Below, in pieces: positions 21,018 to 32,745 of a stretch of DNA of 64,000 nt; position 1 is the first letter of the stretch, and every line of letters begins with the position of its first letter. The stretch covers positions 65,726-129,725 of the forward strand of contig CAZYUB010000001.1 in the NCBI GenBank assembly GCA_964650515.1, given 5' to 3'. The notes under the pieces are model-generated. The model was given only the letters and a program-made list of their open reading frames with translations, was not told where the DNA came from and ran no database searches. The stretch comes from an uncultured Planctomycetia bacterium. Its GTDB lineage: Bacteria > Omnitrophota > Gorgyraeia > Pluralincolimonadales > Pluralincolimonadaceae. A program made the position numbers and the translations under genes.

Positions 21018-22252
21018 CTACAGTTCCAGCAGTTTCTTCTTCGGGAAGACGAGCCGCAGGAGTGGCGGGGTAACGAGCGTCGTGGCAAGCACCATTATTA
21101 CCATGGCGGAAAAGATATCTTTCTCAATTATCGAATGGCCGAGCCCAAATCCCGCGATTATCAGGCCGACCTCCCCCCTTGAGATCATCCCGACGCCTAC
21201 CCTCAGAGATTCACGGGTGTCGAATCCGGTCATCCTCGCTCCTGCCATGCTGCCGATTACTTTGGTCAAGATCGCGATGAGGGTTATCCCGGCCACGAAT
21301 ACGATATTGTCCCCGAGTTCACGCGCGTTCGCGCGCAGGCCGATATCGACGAGGAATATCGGGACGAAGAACGGGTAAGCGAACGTCTTGGCAGAATGTT
21401 CGATCTTCTCGAAATGCTTCGACCTCGTGAGCAATACGCCGCAGAGGTAGGAGCCGGTTATTGCCGCTACCTTACCTATATATTCCGCGCCCCACGCATA
21501 GAAGAACGATATGACCAGGGCCATCGCGAAGAGCGCATGCGCGGAGGTAAGCTTCACGGAAAAATCCAGTATCCTGTCGAATAATCTCACGCCTATCAGG
21601 ATCGCGACGAGGAAGAACCCCGACATCTGCAGCAGCAGCAGCGCGACCGGCCAGACGGTGGAAGAGAGCGAGCTTCCGGAGGCGCCTACCGGGCTTATCG
21701 ACAGCGCAACTACAAGGGAGAGCACGATTATGCCCATCACGTCATCTATGACGGCGGCGCCAAGTATCGTAGAGCCCTCCTTGGACTTGACCGCGCCTAT
21801 TTCGAGCAGCGTCTGGGCGGTGATGGAGACCGAAGTCGCTGTGAGGATCGTCCCTATGAAGACGGCTTCCGGAACAGGAAACCCTAATAACAGCGAAAAC
21901 CATGTGCCTGCGCCCATCGGCAATATGACTCCGCCGGCCGCCGCCCAGAAGGCATTTTTGCCGACGGCCAGGATACCTTTAAGGTCTGTCTCGAGCCCGG
22001 CAATGAACATAAGCAGGACTACGCCTATCTCCGCGATATCATGGACTATCCCGCCGATATCGGGCGCGGCTTCAGCGCCGTTAGGGATAAATATCGGCCA
22101 GCCCATCATGTTCAGCACGCTCGGCCCGAGCAACAGGCCGACAAGTATCTCGCCGAATACCGGAGGTTGTTTTATAGCGGCGCTCAAGCTGCCGATGAGT
22201 TTAGCCGCGGCTATTATTATCCCGAGGGCGAGCAAAAGCTGCATCATATGGT

Positions 22253-22256
<4 letters not shown>
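21018..22256 (-). CDS. monovalent cation:proton antiporter, CPA2 family (NapA/Kef-like)
   Basis: 412 aa polytopic membrane protein. LLALGIIIAAAKLIGSLSAAIKQPPVFGEILVGLLLGPSVLN is a typical CPA2 N-terminus. The start overlaps the atpC stop. Confidence 0.75.
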
Positions 22257-23996
<1,740 letters not shown>

Positions 23997-24863
23997 TTAT
24001 TTGAGCGCTTCCGCCGAAGACGCCACTTCAAGCACTTGGTTCGTTATCGAGGCCTGGCGCGCCTTGTTCCTCAGCATCGTCAGGCTGTCTATGAGCTCCA
24101 CGGCGTTATCCGTCGCCGACTGCATCGCTATCATCCTCGAGGAATGCTCCGTCGTAAAAGCGTCGAGCAGTATCAGCCGCATCTTTACCGACAGGTATCT
24201 CGGGATCAGCCCTTCCAATATCTCGTCTATGCCAGGGTCCGCGATAAACTCCATCTCGCCCTTTATGGGGTGCGGAGGAGTGATACTGAGGAATTTCCTG
24301 ATATCCGGCTTATATTTTGTCGCCGACTCAAAATGGCTGTGGGCTATATATATTTCGTCCGCCTCACGGCTGAGGAACATATCTATCATGTCCTTCGCGA
24401 TCCTGTCGGCGGTCTCGGCGAAATAGCGCCCATGCAGGCCTATGTAACTCTTGACTATCTGGGCGCCCCTCTTGCTGAAATGGACGAAACCCTTCCTGCC
24501 GACCGCTATTATCTTTACGTTCTCCCTGCCGTGCTGCCTCAGCATCTTCTCCGTCAGGCGTATGATATTGTTGTTGTATACGCTGCAGAGCCCGCTGTCG
24601 GAGGTTATCATGCAGAGCGCGAATTTCCTCGCGCCGTCCCTTTCCTCGAGGAGCGGGTGCGCCTTCAGCTGCTCGGGGCTCAGGCTCAGCAGGAGTTTTA
24701 TGAGAATGGAGTCGAGCTTACGGTAATAAGGCCTGCCGGTGTCCAGCATCTGCTCGCTGCGTTTGAATTTCGCGGTCGAGACCATCTGCATGGCGCGCGT
24801 GATCTTCTTCGTGCTCTCGACGCTTCTTATCCTGCTCTTTATCTGCCTAAGCGATAGTATCAT
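23997..24863 (-). CDS. atpG: F0F1 ATP synthase gamma subunit
   Basis: [29 protein letters not shown]-terminus. Length is 288 aa. Confidence 0.9.
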   Translation of the reverse strand: MILSLRQIKSRIRSVESTKKITRAMQMVSTAKFKRSEQMLDTGRPYYRKLDSILIKLLLSLSPEQLKAHPLLEERDGARKFALCMITSDSGLCSVYNNNIIRLTEKMLRQHGRENVKIIAVGRKGFVHFSKRGAQIVKSYIGLHGRYFAETADRIAKDMIDMFLSREADEIYIAHSHFESATKYKPDIRKFLSITPPHPIKGEMEFIADPGIDEILEGLIPRYLSVKMRLILLDAFTTEHSSRMIAMQSATDNAVELIDSLTMLRNKARQASITNQVLEVASSAEALK

Positions 24864-26382
24864 TTTTTGTCAGCGCTTCGTTGAACTGCCTCTTAAACTC
24901 CGAGACCGCCTTATTGAGCTTAGCGGCGGTGCTGTCGCTTATCTCTTTCTTCGTGTCTATCTCGTGCTCTATCTCGGGATACTTTTCGGCCGCGAAAGCG
25001 TAGAGGCCCGCCTCGAACTTCTTTATATGCTCTACCGGCATGTCATCGAGATAGCCGTTAGTCCCGGCGTATATTATGATGACCTGTTTCGACAGCGGAA
25101 GCGGCTCGTACTGGCCCTGCTTGAGCAGCTCGGTCATCTTCTCGCCGCGCGTCAGCTGCGCCTGGGTCACTTTATCGAGCTCCGAGCCGAACTGCGCGAA
25201 AGCAGCCAGTTCCCTGTATTGCGCGAGGTCGATCCTGAGCTTAGCGGCTACGCTCTTCATGGCCTTCGTCTGCGCTTTTCCGCCGACGCGCGACACTGAG
25301 AGGCCGACGTTTATGGCCGGCCTGACACCGCCGTAGAAGAGGTCGGTCTCGAGGTATATCTGGCCGTCGGTTATAGAGATGACGTTCGTGGGGATGTAGC
25401 TTGTTATATCCCCGGCCTGCGTCTCTATGAACGGCAGGGCGGTAAGGGAGCCGCCGCCGAGTTCGTCCGAAAGTTTCGCGGCGCGCTCGAGAAGCCTCGA
25501 ATGCAGGTAGAAGATGTCCCCGGGATACGCCTCGCGCCCCGGCGGACGCCTCAACAGCAGCGAGAGCTGCCTGTACGCCTGCGCGTGCTTCGAAAGGTCG
25601 TCGTATATGACCAGCGCGTGCTTGCCGTTATACATGAACTCCTCGCCCATCGCGCAGCCGGCGTATGGCGCCAGGTATTGAAGCGGGGCGGGGGATTCGG
25701 CAGGCGCGCTGACTATCGTCGTATATTCCATCGCGCCGTATTTGGCGAGCGTCTCCGATACCGAGACGATCGTCGAAAGCTTCTGCCCGATCGCGACGTA
25801 TATGCAATAGACGCCTTTGTCCTTCTGGTTTATTATCGTATCTATGGCTATTGCCGTCTTGCCGGTCTGCCTGTCACCTATGACCAGCTCGCGCTGGCCG
25901 CGCCCGATAGGTATCATCGAATCTATGGCCTTGATGCCCGTCTGAAGGGGCTCCTTGACCGGCTGGCGCTGGATGACGTTCGGCGAGTGGCCCTCTATGG
26001 GCCTGTACCTGTCCGCGACCACCGGGCCCTTGTCGTCTATCGGGTTGCCGAGCGCGTCGACGACCCTGCCGACGAGCGCCTTTCCGGCCGGGACCTGCGC
26101 TATCTTTCCGGTCCTCTTGACGGTATCGCCGTCCTTGATATTCTCATCGGATCCGAAGATGGCAATGCCGACGCTCTCTTCCTCGAGGTTCAGGACCATG
26201 CCCATTACCCCGCCCGGGAGCTCGACGAGCTCTCCCATCATCGCGTCATCGAGCCCGTAGACCCGCGCGATCCCGTCGCCGACCTGGAGTATAGTCCCGA
26301 CGGATTCCATCTTCATCTTGGACTTGAATTTTTCCAGTTCGCCTTTTATGACTGAAGTCACTTCTTCCGGTCTTAGTGCCAT
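24847..26382 (-). CDS. atpA: F0F1 ATP synthase alpha subunit
   Basis: [16 protein letters not shown]-loop. Length is 511 aa. Confidence 0.97.
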   Translation of the reverse strand: MALRPEEVTSVIKGELEKFKSKMKMESVGTILQVGDGIARVYGLDDAMMGELVELPGGVMGMVLNLEEESVGIAIFGSDENIKDGDTVKRTGKIAQVPAGKALVGRVVDALGNPIDDKGPVVADRYRPIEGHSPNVIQRQPVKEPLQTGIKAIDSMIPIGRGQRELVIGDRQTGKTAIAIDTIINQKDKGVYCIYVAIGQKLSTIVSVSETLAKYGAMEYTTIVSAPAESPAPLQYLAPYAGCAMGEEFMYNGKHALVIYDDLSKHAQAYRQLSLLLRRPPGREAYPGDIFYLHSRLLERAAKLSDELGGGSLTALPFIETQAGDITSYIPTNVISITDGQIYLETDLFYGGVRPAINVGLSVSRVGGKAQTKAMKSVAAKLRIDLAQYRELAAFAQFGSELDKVTQAQLTRGEKMTELLKQGQYEPLPLSKQVIIIYAGTNGYLDDMPVEHIKKFEAGLYAFAAEKYPEIEHEIDTKKEISDSTAAKLNKAVSEFKRQFNEALTKNDTIA

Positions 26383-26383
26383 G

Positions 26384-26932
26384 TCAATCCACCTTTATTT
26401 CCATTAGATGTTCCCTCAATTCGGAAAGTTTCCTTCTTACCGAGCCGTCTATTACGATATTTCCGACCGTAGCCTGCACCCCGCCTATAAGCCAGGGATC
26501 GACCTCGATCTCGACCTCGAGCTTCTTGCCGATCTTATCCTCGAGCTTTTTCTTGATGGACTCGATCATGGCAGGGGAGAGGGGCTTCGCGCTTTTTATG
26601 AGCGCGTGCTCTATTCCCATCTCGCGGTAGTAAAATTCCTTAGCTTCGAGCGCGATGTTCGGGGCCTCTTCGCTGCGGTGCTTTTCCACTATAAGCTTCA
26701 TGAATTCGCGCGTCTGCTCGGAGAAGGTCCTCGCGAACACTTTATCTATGAATGCCGCCTTGTCCTTATAAGATATCTCCGGGTTCTTGAGGAATTTCAG
26801 CAACTCGGGGTCTGCCTCGAGCATCTTCCCGAGCAATATCAGGTCCTCGAGCCCGGCCTTAGCGCCTACGTTCTCCTTGGCGTAATCAAGGAACCCTTCG
26901 GCGTATCTCCTGGCGACCGAACGGTCGTTCAT
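26384..26932 (-). CDS. atpH: F0F1 ATP synthase delta subunit
   Basis: OSCP/delta pattern. [15 protein letters not shown]-terminus. Operon position supports the call. Confidence 0.8.
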   Translation of the reverse strand: MNDRSVARRYAEGFLDYAKENVGAKAGLEDLILLGKMLEADPELLKFLKNPEISYKDKAAFIDKVFARTFSEQTREFMKLIVEKHRSEEAPNIALEAKEFYYREMGIEHALIKSAKPLSPAMIESIKKKLEDKIGKKLEVEIEVDPWLIGGVQATVGNIVIDGSVRRKLSELREHLMEIKVD

Positions 26933-27426
26933 TTCACCTTCTCCAGCTCATCGAGGAAGTCGGAAGCCAGCTTCCTGTCCTTCTCGTCGGTGACCTTCTC
27001 TTTAAGCAGTTTTTCCGTGGTGCCGAGCGTGAGCTCGACGACCCTTTCCTTGAGCTCCTGCTTCGCTTTCGAGACCTCTATCTCGATATTTTCCTGCGCC
27101 TTGTCGAGTATCGTGCGCGCTTCCTGCCTTGCGCCTTCCCTGATCTCCTGGGAGACCTTCTTGCCTTCGGCCACCGCCTCCTGTATCTTCGCGCGGGCCT
27201 CGGCCTCTATCCCGGCAAGCCGCTTGTCGTAATCGGCCCTGAGTTTCTCGACCGCGGACTGCGCGTCCTCGATCTTCCTGAACTCCGAGGCGATCCTCTC
27301 GCGCCTGTCGTCGAGCATCTTCAGCAGCTTCTTCCAGGCGAATATGCGCAGCAGGGTAAGCAGCAGCAGGAAGCTGACGACCTGTGCCACGATCTCGTTA
27401 GCGCTTAAAGACTTTAAGAGTTCCAT
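26929..27426 (-). CDS. atpF: F0F1 ATP synthase B subunit
   Basis: N-terminal TM helix followed by a long charged coiled coil. Operon position supports the call. Confidence 0.8.
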   Translation of the reverse strand: MELLKSLSANEIVAQVVSFLLLLTLLRIFAWKKLLKMLDDRRERIASEFRKIEDAQSAVEKLRADYDKRLAGIEAEARAKIQEAVAEGKKVSQEIREGARQEARTILDKAQENIEIEVSKAKQELKERVVELTLGTTEKLLKEKVTDEKDRKLASDFLDELEKVK

Positions 27427-27435
27427 CGCGGGATA

Positions 27436-27666
27436 TTATATCTTCCCCAGCAGAGAGAACGAAAGCACGAGCGCGTATATCGTGAGAGCCTCGATAAGGG
27501 CGCAACCGGCTATCATGTTGATGAGTATCTTCATTGAGGCCTCGGGCTGCCTGGCGGTCGCCTCCATGGCGGCGGCTACGGCCTTTCCGAGGGCTATTGC
27601 CGAACCAAACGCGGCAATAGCGAGCCCTATCGGGACCGATATGGAAAGCATTGCTTTGTAGTCCAT
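27436..27666 (-). CDS. atpE: F0F1 ATP synthase C subunit (H+ type)
   Basis: 76 aa two-helix hairpin. The ARQPEA loop is present. Carboxylate E sits in ALIEALTIY. Confidence 0.9.
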   Translation of the reverse strand: MDYKAMLSISVPIGLAIAAFGSAIALGKAVAAAMEATARQPEASMKILINMIAGCALIEALTIYALVLSFSLLGKI

Positions 27667-27706
27667 CTTGTTACCTCCTTTTAAGGTTAGCCCCGCAAGG
27701 GGGCGG

Positions 27707-28456
27707 TCATTCCTCGTGGTGCGGCAGTATAAGCGCGAAATACACCGTGCTTAACAAGCTGAAGACTACCGCCTGCATCACGCTGCTCAGCAGGGTCAGG
27801 AACATGTTGAACAGGAAGAGGGGGACGCCCCCTATCCCGAATTGCGCCGATACCGCCAAGAGCATATCCTCCGCCCAGACGTTGCTCCGGAGACGGAGGG
27901 AGAGGCTCAGCGGCTTCACGAGCTCCGATATTATATGTATGAAGAAGAGCAGGACCGGTATGAAGACCGTGAAAGCTATGACGCCCCTCGGGTTTCCCAT
28001 CAGGTGGTCTACATATCCGATGATGCCGTTCTCCTTTATTGCCGTGAACTGCACGTACAGGAAGACGCATATCGCGAGGGCGACCGTGGTCGAGAGGCTC
28101 GATGTGGACGACTTCAAGAACGGCACCATTCCCATCAGGTTCATGAGCAATATATAGATGAAGAGCGTCCCGATGAACGGCGTGAACCTTTTTCCTTTCG
28201 GCCCGAGTATGCCGCATACGAAATCATCTAGCCCACCGACGACGATCTCCATGAACAACTGGAGCCGCCCGGGTATCATCGAGCTCCTGCGGGACGCGAA
28301 GAACGCCAGCAGGGATACGAGCGCGACGATCATCAGCGAATATATTATGTTCTCGTAGAGGTGCAGGAAGTGCGCGAAAGGCGTCCCCTCGAGCTTCTCC
28401 GCCAGGAGCCCTACGAGATTAGGGAGTTCAGGTTGTGCCGCGTGAGTTTCTGTCAT
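27707..28456 (-). CDS. atpB: F0F1 ATP synthase A subunit
   Basis: 249 aa polytopic membrane protein. The conserved Arg-containing helix LSLSLRLRSN is present. Operon position supports the call. Confidence 0.85.
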   Translation of the reverse strand: MTETHAAQPELPNLVGLLAEKLEGTPFAHFLHLYENIIYSLMIVALVSLLAFFASRRSSMIPGRLQLFMEIVVGGLDDFVCGILGPKGKRFTPFIGTLFIYILLMNLMGMVPFLKSSTSSLSTTVALAICVFLYVQFTAIKENGIIGYVDHLMGNPRGVIAFTVFIPVLLFFIHIISELVKPLSLSLRLRSNVWAEDMLLAVSAQFGIGGVPLFLFNMFLTLLSSVMQAVVFSLLSTVYFALILPHHEE

Positions 28457-28688
28457 CTTTGTTGATTATCTTGAGTATTTTAATTATCTCTCTTACGCTT
28501 GTGTAGAAGCCAAACCCCATAAAAATCAGCGAAAGATAAGGCGCGAACCCGATCTTCTTCTCCAGGTATTCGCCTAAGAAGTATCCCGCCAGTGGGCCTG
28601 CCGCAAGGACTACGGGGACGAAGGTAAGAAGCCCCCAGACCTTAGTCAGCCTGTAGAATTCCGCCTTCTTTTTATCCTCTTCCCGCAT
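28428..28688 (-). CDS. ATP synthase gene-1 product (AtpZ/AtpI-like small membrane protein)
   Basis: 86 aa with two TM helices. GPLAGYFLGEYLEKKIG motif matches the ATPase_gene1 family. The gene sits immediately 5' of atpB. Confidence 0.55.
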   Translation of the reverse strand: MREEDKKKAEFYRLTKVWGLLTFVPVVLAAGPLAGYFLGEYLEKKIGFAPYLSLIFMGFGFYTSVREIIKILKIINKDDRNSRGTT

Positions 28689-28700
28689 ATTATACCACAG

Positions 28701-29846
28701 TCATTTTATCGTCTCAAGGACAAGCTTTTCGTTCGCGACGTCCATCTTGATATTGAAATTGCTGAGGAACGACATCCCGAGCAGCCCGTCTATGCCGTGG
28801 CCCGGGGGGTTTTCCGAAACAGCGACCGGCACGTCGTAGGCGGTCGAATTCCCGACTTTTATGCTCTTGACTATTATTACGTCGCTTTTCGTGGTGCTTC
28901 CGTCCGCGAGCGTGAAATTCACGCCTTCTATCGTATCGTTCGGGTTCGTCTCTATCTTTTGCGCTATCTCGCGCGATATCACGACTATAGACGCGCCCGT
29001 GTCGACGGCCAGCAGGCAGGTCGTGCCGCCGTTTAGTACGGCCTTGACCGTCATGCCGTTCGCCGTTTTTGTCAGCGAGACGGAGTCCCTGTTCAGGCCC
29101 TTCTCGATATCAAGGATCGCTTTTGACGCTATGCCCGCGTAGAGGGCCTCTTCCTCGCTGATGCCGCGGCTCTTCATGCCTTCGACTTTCTTATCGAACT
29201 CAAGCCGGAAATTCCCGACGGCATTCCCGTATTCGGTGATCGCCTTCCAGTAATTACGCTCGTATTCCGGAACCTTCATGCTCAACGCGTTTAGGTCCTC
29301 CACGATAGAAGCGATCTGGCTGTTCAGGGAGTTCATCTCCGTTATATGGCGGTTATAGCTCATTATGTCGCTCTGCGGATCCATCCCGGCAACCTCACCG
29401 TTGACCGCGTCGAATTTCACCCTGAGGTTCTTATATTTCTTCTTTTTTGACAATAAGGATGACTTCGCGTTATCGAGCAGTTTTTTCGCGTCGTCCGCGG
29501 CCTTCCTGCCCGCTATCAGTTCGCGGAGCTGCCTGGCCGTGTCCGCGAAGGATTCCGGGACGAGCGCGCCCTTCTCGATGGCTTTCTTCCTGGCGGCGGC
29601 CTCTATGGCGGCATTTTCCTTTTCGGAGGCCTTTTCGATGGATTCGATCTGGTCCCTGGATATCTTCATCGTGCCGGTGCCTATCGATAACGTCACGCGG
29701 TAGGGGTCCTCGGCCCTTATGACCCCCTTGAGCACGCCTTTGTTCTTAAGATAGACGGTATCGGCATGCGCCGCGGAGTGAAGCCGCGGCACAACCGCCG
29801 GCGCGAAGGCCAGCAGTATGGCTATAGCAAGTTTTCTTGTCACCAT
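28701..29846 (-). CDS. secreted retropepsin-like (clan AA) aspartic protease with coiled-coil region
   Basis: True start is placed at ATG 29844-29846, giving MVTRKLAIAILLAFAPAVVPRLHSAAHA as signal peptide. The central region is a K/E/A-rich coiled coil. The C-terminus has LLAVDTGAS (DTG motif) and GLLGMSFL, typical of the TIGR02281-like bacterial retropepsins. The upstream part of the track ORF overlaps nuoN and is rejected. Confidence 0.7.
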   Translation of the reverse strand: MVTRKLAIAILLAFAPAVVPRLHSAAHADTVYLKNKGVLKGVIRAEDPYRVTLSIGTGTMKISRDQIESIEKASEKENAAIEAAARKKAIEKGALVPESFADTARQLRELIAGRKAADDAKKLLDNAKSSLLSKKKKYKNLRVKFDAVNGEVAGMDPQSDIMSYNRHITEMNSLNSQIASIVEDLNALSMKVPEYERNYWKAITEYGNAVGNFRLEFDKKVEGMKSRGISEEEALYAGIASKAILDIEKGLNRDSVSLTKTANGMTVKAVLNGGTTCLLAVDTGASIVVISREIAQKIETNPNDTIEGVNFTLADGSTTKSDVIIVKSIKVGNSTAYDVPVAVSENPPGHGIDGLLGMSFLSNFNIKMDVANEKLVLETIK

Positions 29847-29848
29847 AT

Positions 29849-31270
29849 TTACAGTAAGGAGCTTCCTATCCACCTGAGGAACGGTACCGGGAAGAGGCCC
29901 GCTACTAGCACGCCTGCCAGCGCGATGACCAGCGCGAGCTTTACCGATAACGGCTTCGGTTCCCTGACCATAGTGTGAGGTTCGTTCAGGTACATGAATT
30001 TGACGACTTTTACGTAATAAAAGACCGCCAATACGCTGTTGATGACGCCGGCGACCGCTAGCATATAGTATTTCGACTGTATCGCGGCGGCAAAGACGAG
30101 GAACTTTCCGAAGAAACCCGCGAGAGGGGGTATGCCCGCAAGCGAGAGGAGGAATACCGTCAGTATGAACGCGAGGACGGGTTCCCGCTTCGAGAGCCCG
30201 CTGTATTCCTCGATATGGTCGCTCTTGATCGAGTTCGAGACGAGGACGACGCACCCGAACGCGCCTATATTCATCAGCACATACGCCAGAAGGTAATACA
30301 TGACCGCCTGTATGCCGAGGGACGTCCCGACGACGAAACCTATCAGAATATAGCCGGCCTGCGCTATCGAAGAATAACCGAGCATGCGCTTGATGTCTTC
30401 CTGGTTGATAGCGATGATATTTCCGGCGGTCATCGTGATTATCGCGACCGCCTGCGCTATATCCGCCCAGCCGGTGAACATCGGGAAGAAATTCTTCAGG
30501 AAGACCCTGACGAGGATCGCGAAACCTATCGCCTTGGGCCCGGCGGACAGGAATGCGGTTATCGGCGTCGGCGCGCCCTGGTAGGCGTCAGGCACCCACA
30601 TATGGAACGGGACGAGCGCGCATTTGAAACTAAGCCCGGCGAAGACCAGCAGCAGCGCCACCGCGGCGGCGAGCGAATTGGAGCCCCCGGCGTTTATAGC
30701 GCCCGATATCGCGGAAAGGTCCGTCGTGCCGAAAAGGCCGTATATAAACGATATACCGTAGAGCATAACCCCGGTCGCGAGCGCGCCGAACAGGAAATAC
30801 TTAAGCGCGGCTTCGCTCGAGAACGGGTTGCGTTTCAGGAAAGCGGTAAGCATATACGAGATCAGTGATATCGCCTCAAGCGATATGTATATCATCATCA
30901 GGTTGTTCGAGGATGCGGCTACCATCATGGCCACTGCGGCCGCGAGCAGCAGGAAATAGTATTCGCCGGCGTCCTCATCGGAGAACGGCCTGTACCCGAG
31001 CGATACCAGTATCACGAGCCCTGTGACAAGCAGGGAGATCTCCTTGAAGAATTCCGAGAACGTATCGTTCAGCAGCATGTTGGAGAAGAGGGGGCCCGCC
31101 GCCTCGTAACTGTGCGGCATGCATAATATGGAAAGCAGTATGGCCGCGAGGCAGAACACGCCGAGGACGGCCCTCTTTTTTACAAAGAGGCCCGCTATCA
31201 GCACCGCGACCGCCGATGCCGCAAGCAGCAGTTCGGGAAAAAAGAATTTTACGCTTTCCGCGACGCTCAA
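29849..31270 (-). CDS. nuoN: NADH-quinone oxidoreductase subunit N (TTG start inferred)
   Basis: Polytopic antiporter-like subunit. Start is set at the TTG preceded by GGGGGA, just inside the nuoM stop region. The more upstream part of the track ORF overlaps nuoM. Confidence 0.8.
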   Translation of the reverse strand: MSVAESVKFFFPELLLAASAVAVLIAGLFVKKRAVLGVFCLAAILLSILCMPHSYEAAGPLFSNMLLNDTFSEFFKEISLLVTGLVILVSLGYRPFSDEDAGEYYFLLLAAAVAMMVAASSNNLMMIYISLEAISLISYMLTAFLKRNPFSSEAALKYFLFGALATGVMLYGISFIYGLFGTTDLSAISGAINAGGSNSLAAAVALLLVFAGLSFKCALVPFHMWVPDAYQGAPTPITAFLSAGPKAIGFAILVRVFLKNFFPMFTGWADIAQAVAIITMTAGNIIAINQEDIKRMLGYSSIAQAGYILIGFVVGTSLGIQAVMYYLLAYVLMNIGAFGCVVLVSNSIKSDHIEEYSGLSKREPVLAFILTVFLLSLAGIPPLAGFFGKFLVFAAAIQSKYYMLAVAGVINSVLAVFYYVKVVKFMYLNEPHTMVREPKPLSVKLALVIALAGVLVAGLFPVPFLRWIGSSLL

Positions 31271-32745
31271 AGGAGTAATCCCCCGATGTTCCGGATGAGT
31301 TCCGTTATGGCTGTTGACTGGTAGTTCAGTATCAGCAGCGGGTAAACGCCGATGGCGATGACGACCGCCATGAGCGGCACGAGAGTGAACAGCTCGCGTT
31401 TGTTGATATCCGCGATGCCGGCCCAAGCGTTATTCAAGGGCCCGAGCAGCACGCGCTGTATCATGTAAAGGAAGTATCCGGCCGTTATCACGATGCCGAG
31501 CACCGATATTATCGTTATGAGCCGGAAGGAGATAAAGCCGCCCATTAGCGACATGAACTCGCTGACGAACCCGCTGAGGCCGGGAAGGCCGAGGGAGGCG
31601 AGCGTAAACACTATCAGCACGCCCGAATAGACCGGCATCTTCGTCCCGAGGCCGCCGAACTTTCCGAGGTCCCTCGTGTGGGCGCGGTCATAGAGCACGC
31701 CGACCAGGAGGAACATGCCGCCGGTAATGACGCCGTGGTTGAACATCTGCAGCAGGGCGCCGTTAAAGCCGGTGACCGTCATGCTCGCAAGCCCGAGCAT
31801 GACGAATCCCATGTGGCTTACCGAAGAGTACGCGACCATCTTCTTGAAATCCGTCTGCGCCATCGCTACGAACGCGCCGTACACGATATTTATCAGCCCG
31901 AGTATCGCGAACGGAAGCGCGAAATAAACGGCGGCGTCCTTGAGTATCGGATAGCTTATCCTGAAGAACCCGTATCCGCCCATTTTAAGCAGGACGCCCG
32001 CGAGCAGCACGCTGATCGGCGTCGGGGCCTCGACGTGCGCGTCGGGCAACCACGTGTGGAACGGGAATACGGGGACCTTTATCGCGAAACCGAGGTAGAA
32101 ACCTATGAAGACCATGACCTGCAGGCCCAAGGCGAGGCCGCTTCCGGCGGACGCGAGCTCGAGCATATTGAACGTATGCGGGTTGGACGTGAAATAGAGC
32201 GCGAGTATCGAAAGCAGCATGAAGACCGACCCGGCCAGCGTATATATGAAGAACTTGATCGCGGCGTATTCCCTGCGCGGCCCGCCCCATATGCCTATAA
32301 GGAAATACATCGGGACGAGCACTACCTCCCAGAACACGTAAAAGAGGAAGAGGTCGAGCGACAGGAACGTTCCGAGCATGCCGGTGTTAAGCAGGAGGTA
32401 TAGGAAATAGTATTCTTTCTGGCGTTCCTTGATTCCGTATGAGCCGATGCACGCGAGAAAACCGAGCAGCGCCGTCAGGAAGACGAGCCCTATGCTTATC
32501 CCGTCGATGCCGAGGTGATAGTTGATGTTCACCTGCGGTATCCACGGCACCTTCTCGACGAACTGCATCGCGGCCTCGTTATAGTCGAAGCCCAGAACGG
32601 CCATTACCGCCAGCAGCAGCGTTATGCCGGTTGCGGCGGTCGCGATGCCCTTGATCAGGCCGGTCCTGCCTTTCGGGACAAAAAGGATAAGCAGTCCCGC
32701 CAGCAGCGGCAGGAATATTACGGAACTCAATAACGGAAAAGGCAT
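31267..32745 (-). CDS. nuoM: NADH-quinone oxidoreductase subunit M
   Basis: Start ATG at 32743-32745 is preceded by AGGAGG and overlaps the nuoL stop (TGATG). MPFPLLSSVIFLPLLAGLLILF is a typical NuoM N-terminus. Confidence 0.85.
   Translation of the reverse strand: MPFPLLSSVIFLPLLAGLLILFVPKGRTGLIKGIATAATGITLLLAVMAVLGFDYNEAAMQFVEKVPWIPQVNINYHLGIDGISIGLVFLTALLGFLACIGSYGIKERQKEYYFLYLLLNTGMLGTFLSLDLFLFYVFWEVVLVPMYFLIGIWGGPRREYAAIKFFIYTLAGSVFMLLSILALYFTSNPHTFNMLELASAGSGLALGLQVMVFIGFYLGFAIKVPVFPFHTWLPDAHVEAPTPISVLLAGVLLKMGGYGFFRISYPILKDAAVYFALPFAILGLINIVYGAFVAMAQTDFKKMVAYSSVSHMGFVMLGLASMTVTGFNGALLQMFNHGVITGGMFLLVGVLYDRAHTRDLGKFGGLGTKMPVYSGVLIVFTLASLGLPGLSGFVSEFMSLMGGFISFRLITIISVLGIVITAGYFLYMIQRVLLGPLNNAWAGIADINKRELFTLVPLMAVVIAIGVYPLLILNYQSTAITELIRNIGGLLL

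Noticed and set aside
27436-27666. Possible Na+-specific c-subunit given the adjacent cation antiporter
   Set aside because: Helix 1 lacks the Gln residue and helix 2 reads E-A-L-T-I-Y rather than E-S/T-T-x-x-Y, so the Na+ signature is incomplete. I call it H+ type.
28701-30254. Upstream 136 codons of the track ORF for the aspartic protease
   Set aside because: The extension overlaps nuoN in another frame and is R/P-rich junk. The protein proper starts at the ATG at 29844-29846 with a clean signal peptide.
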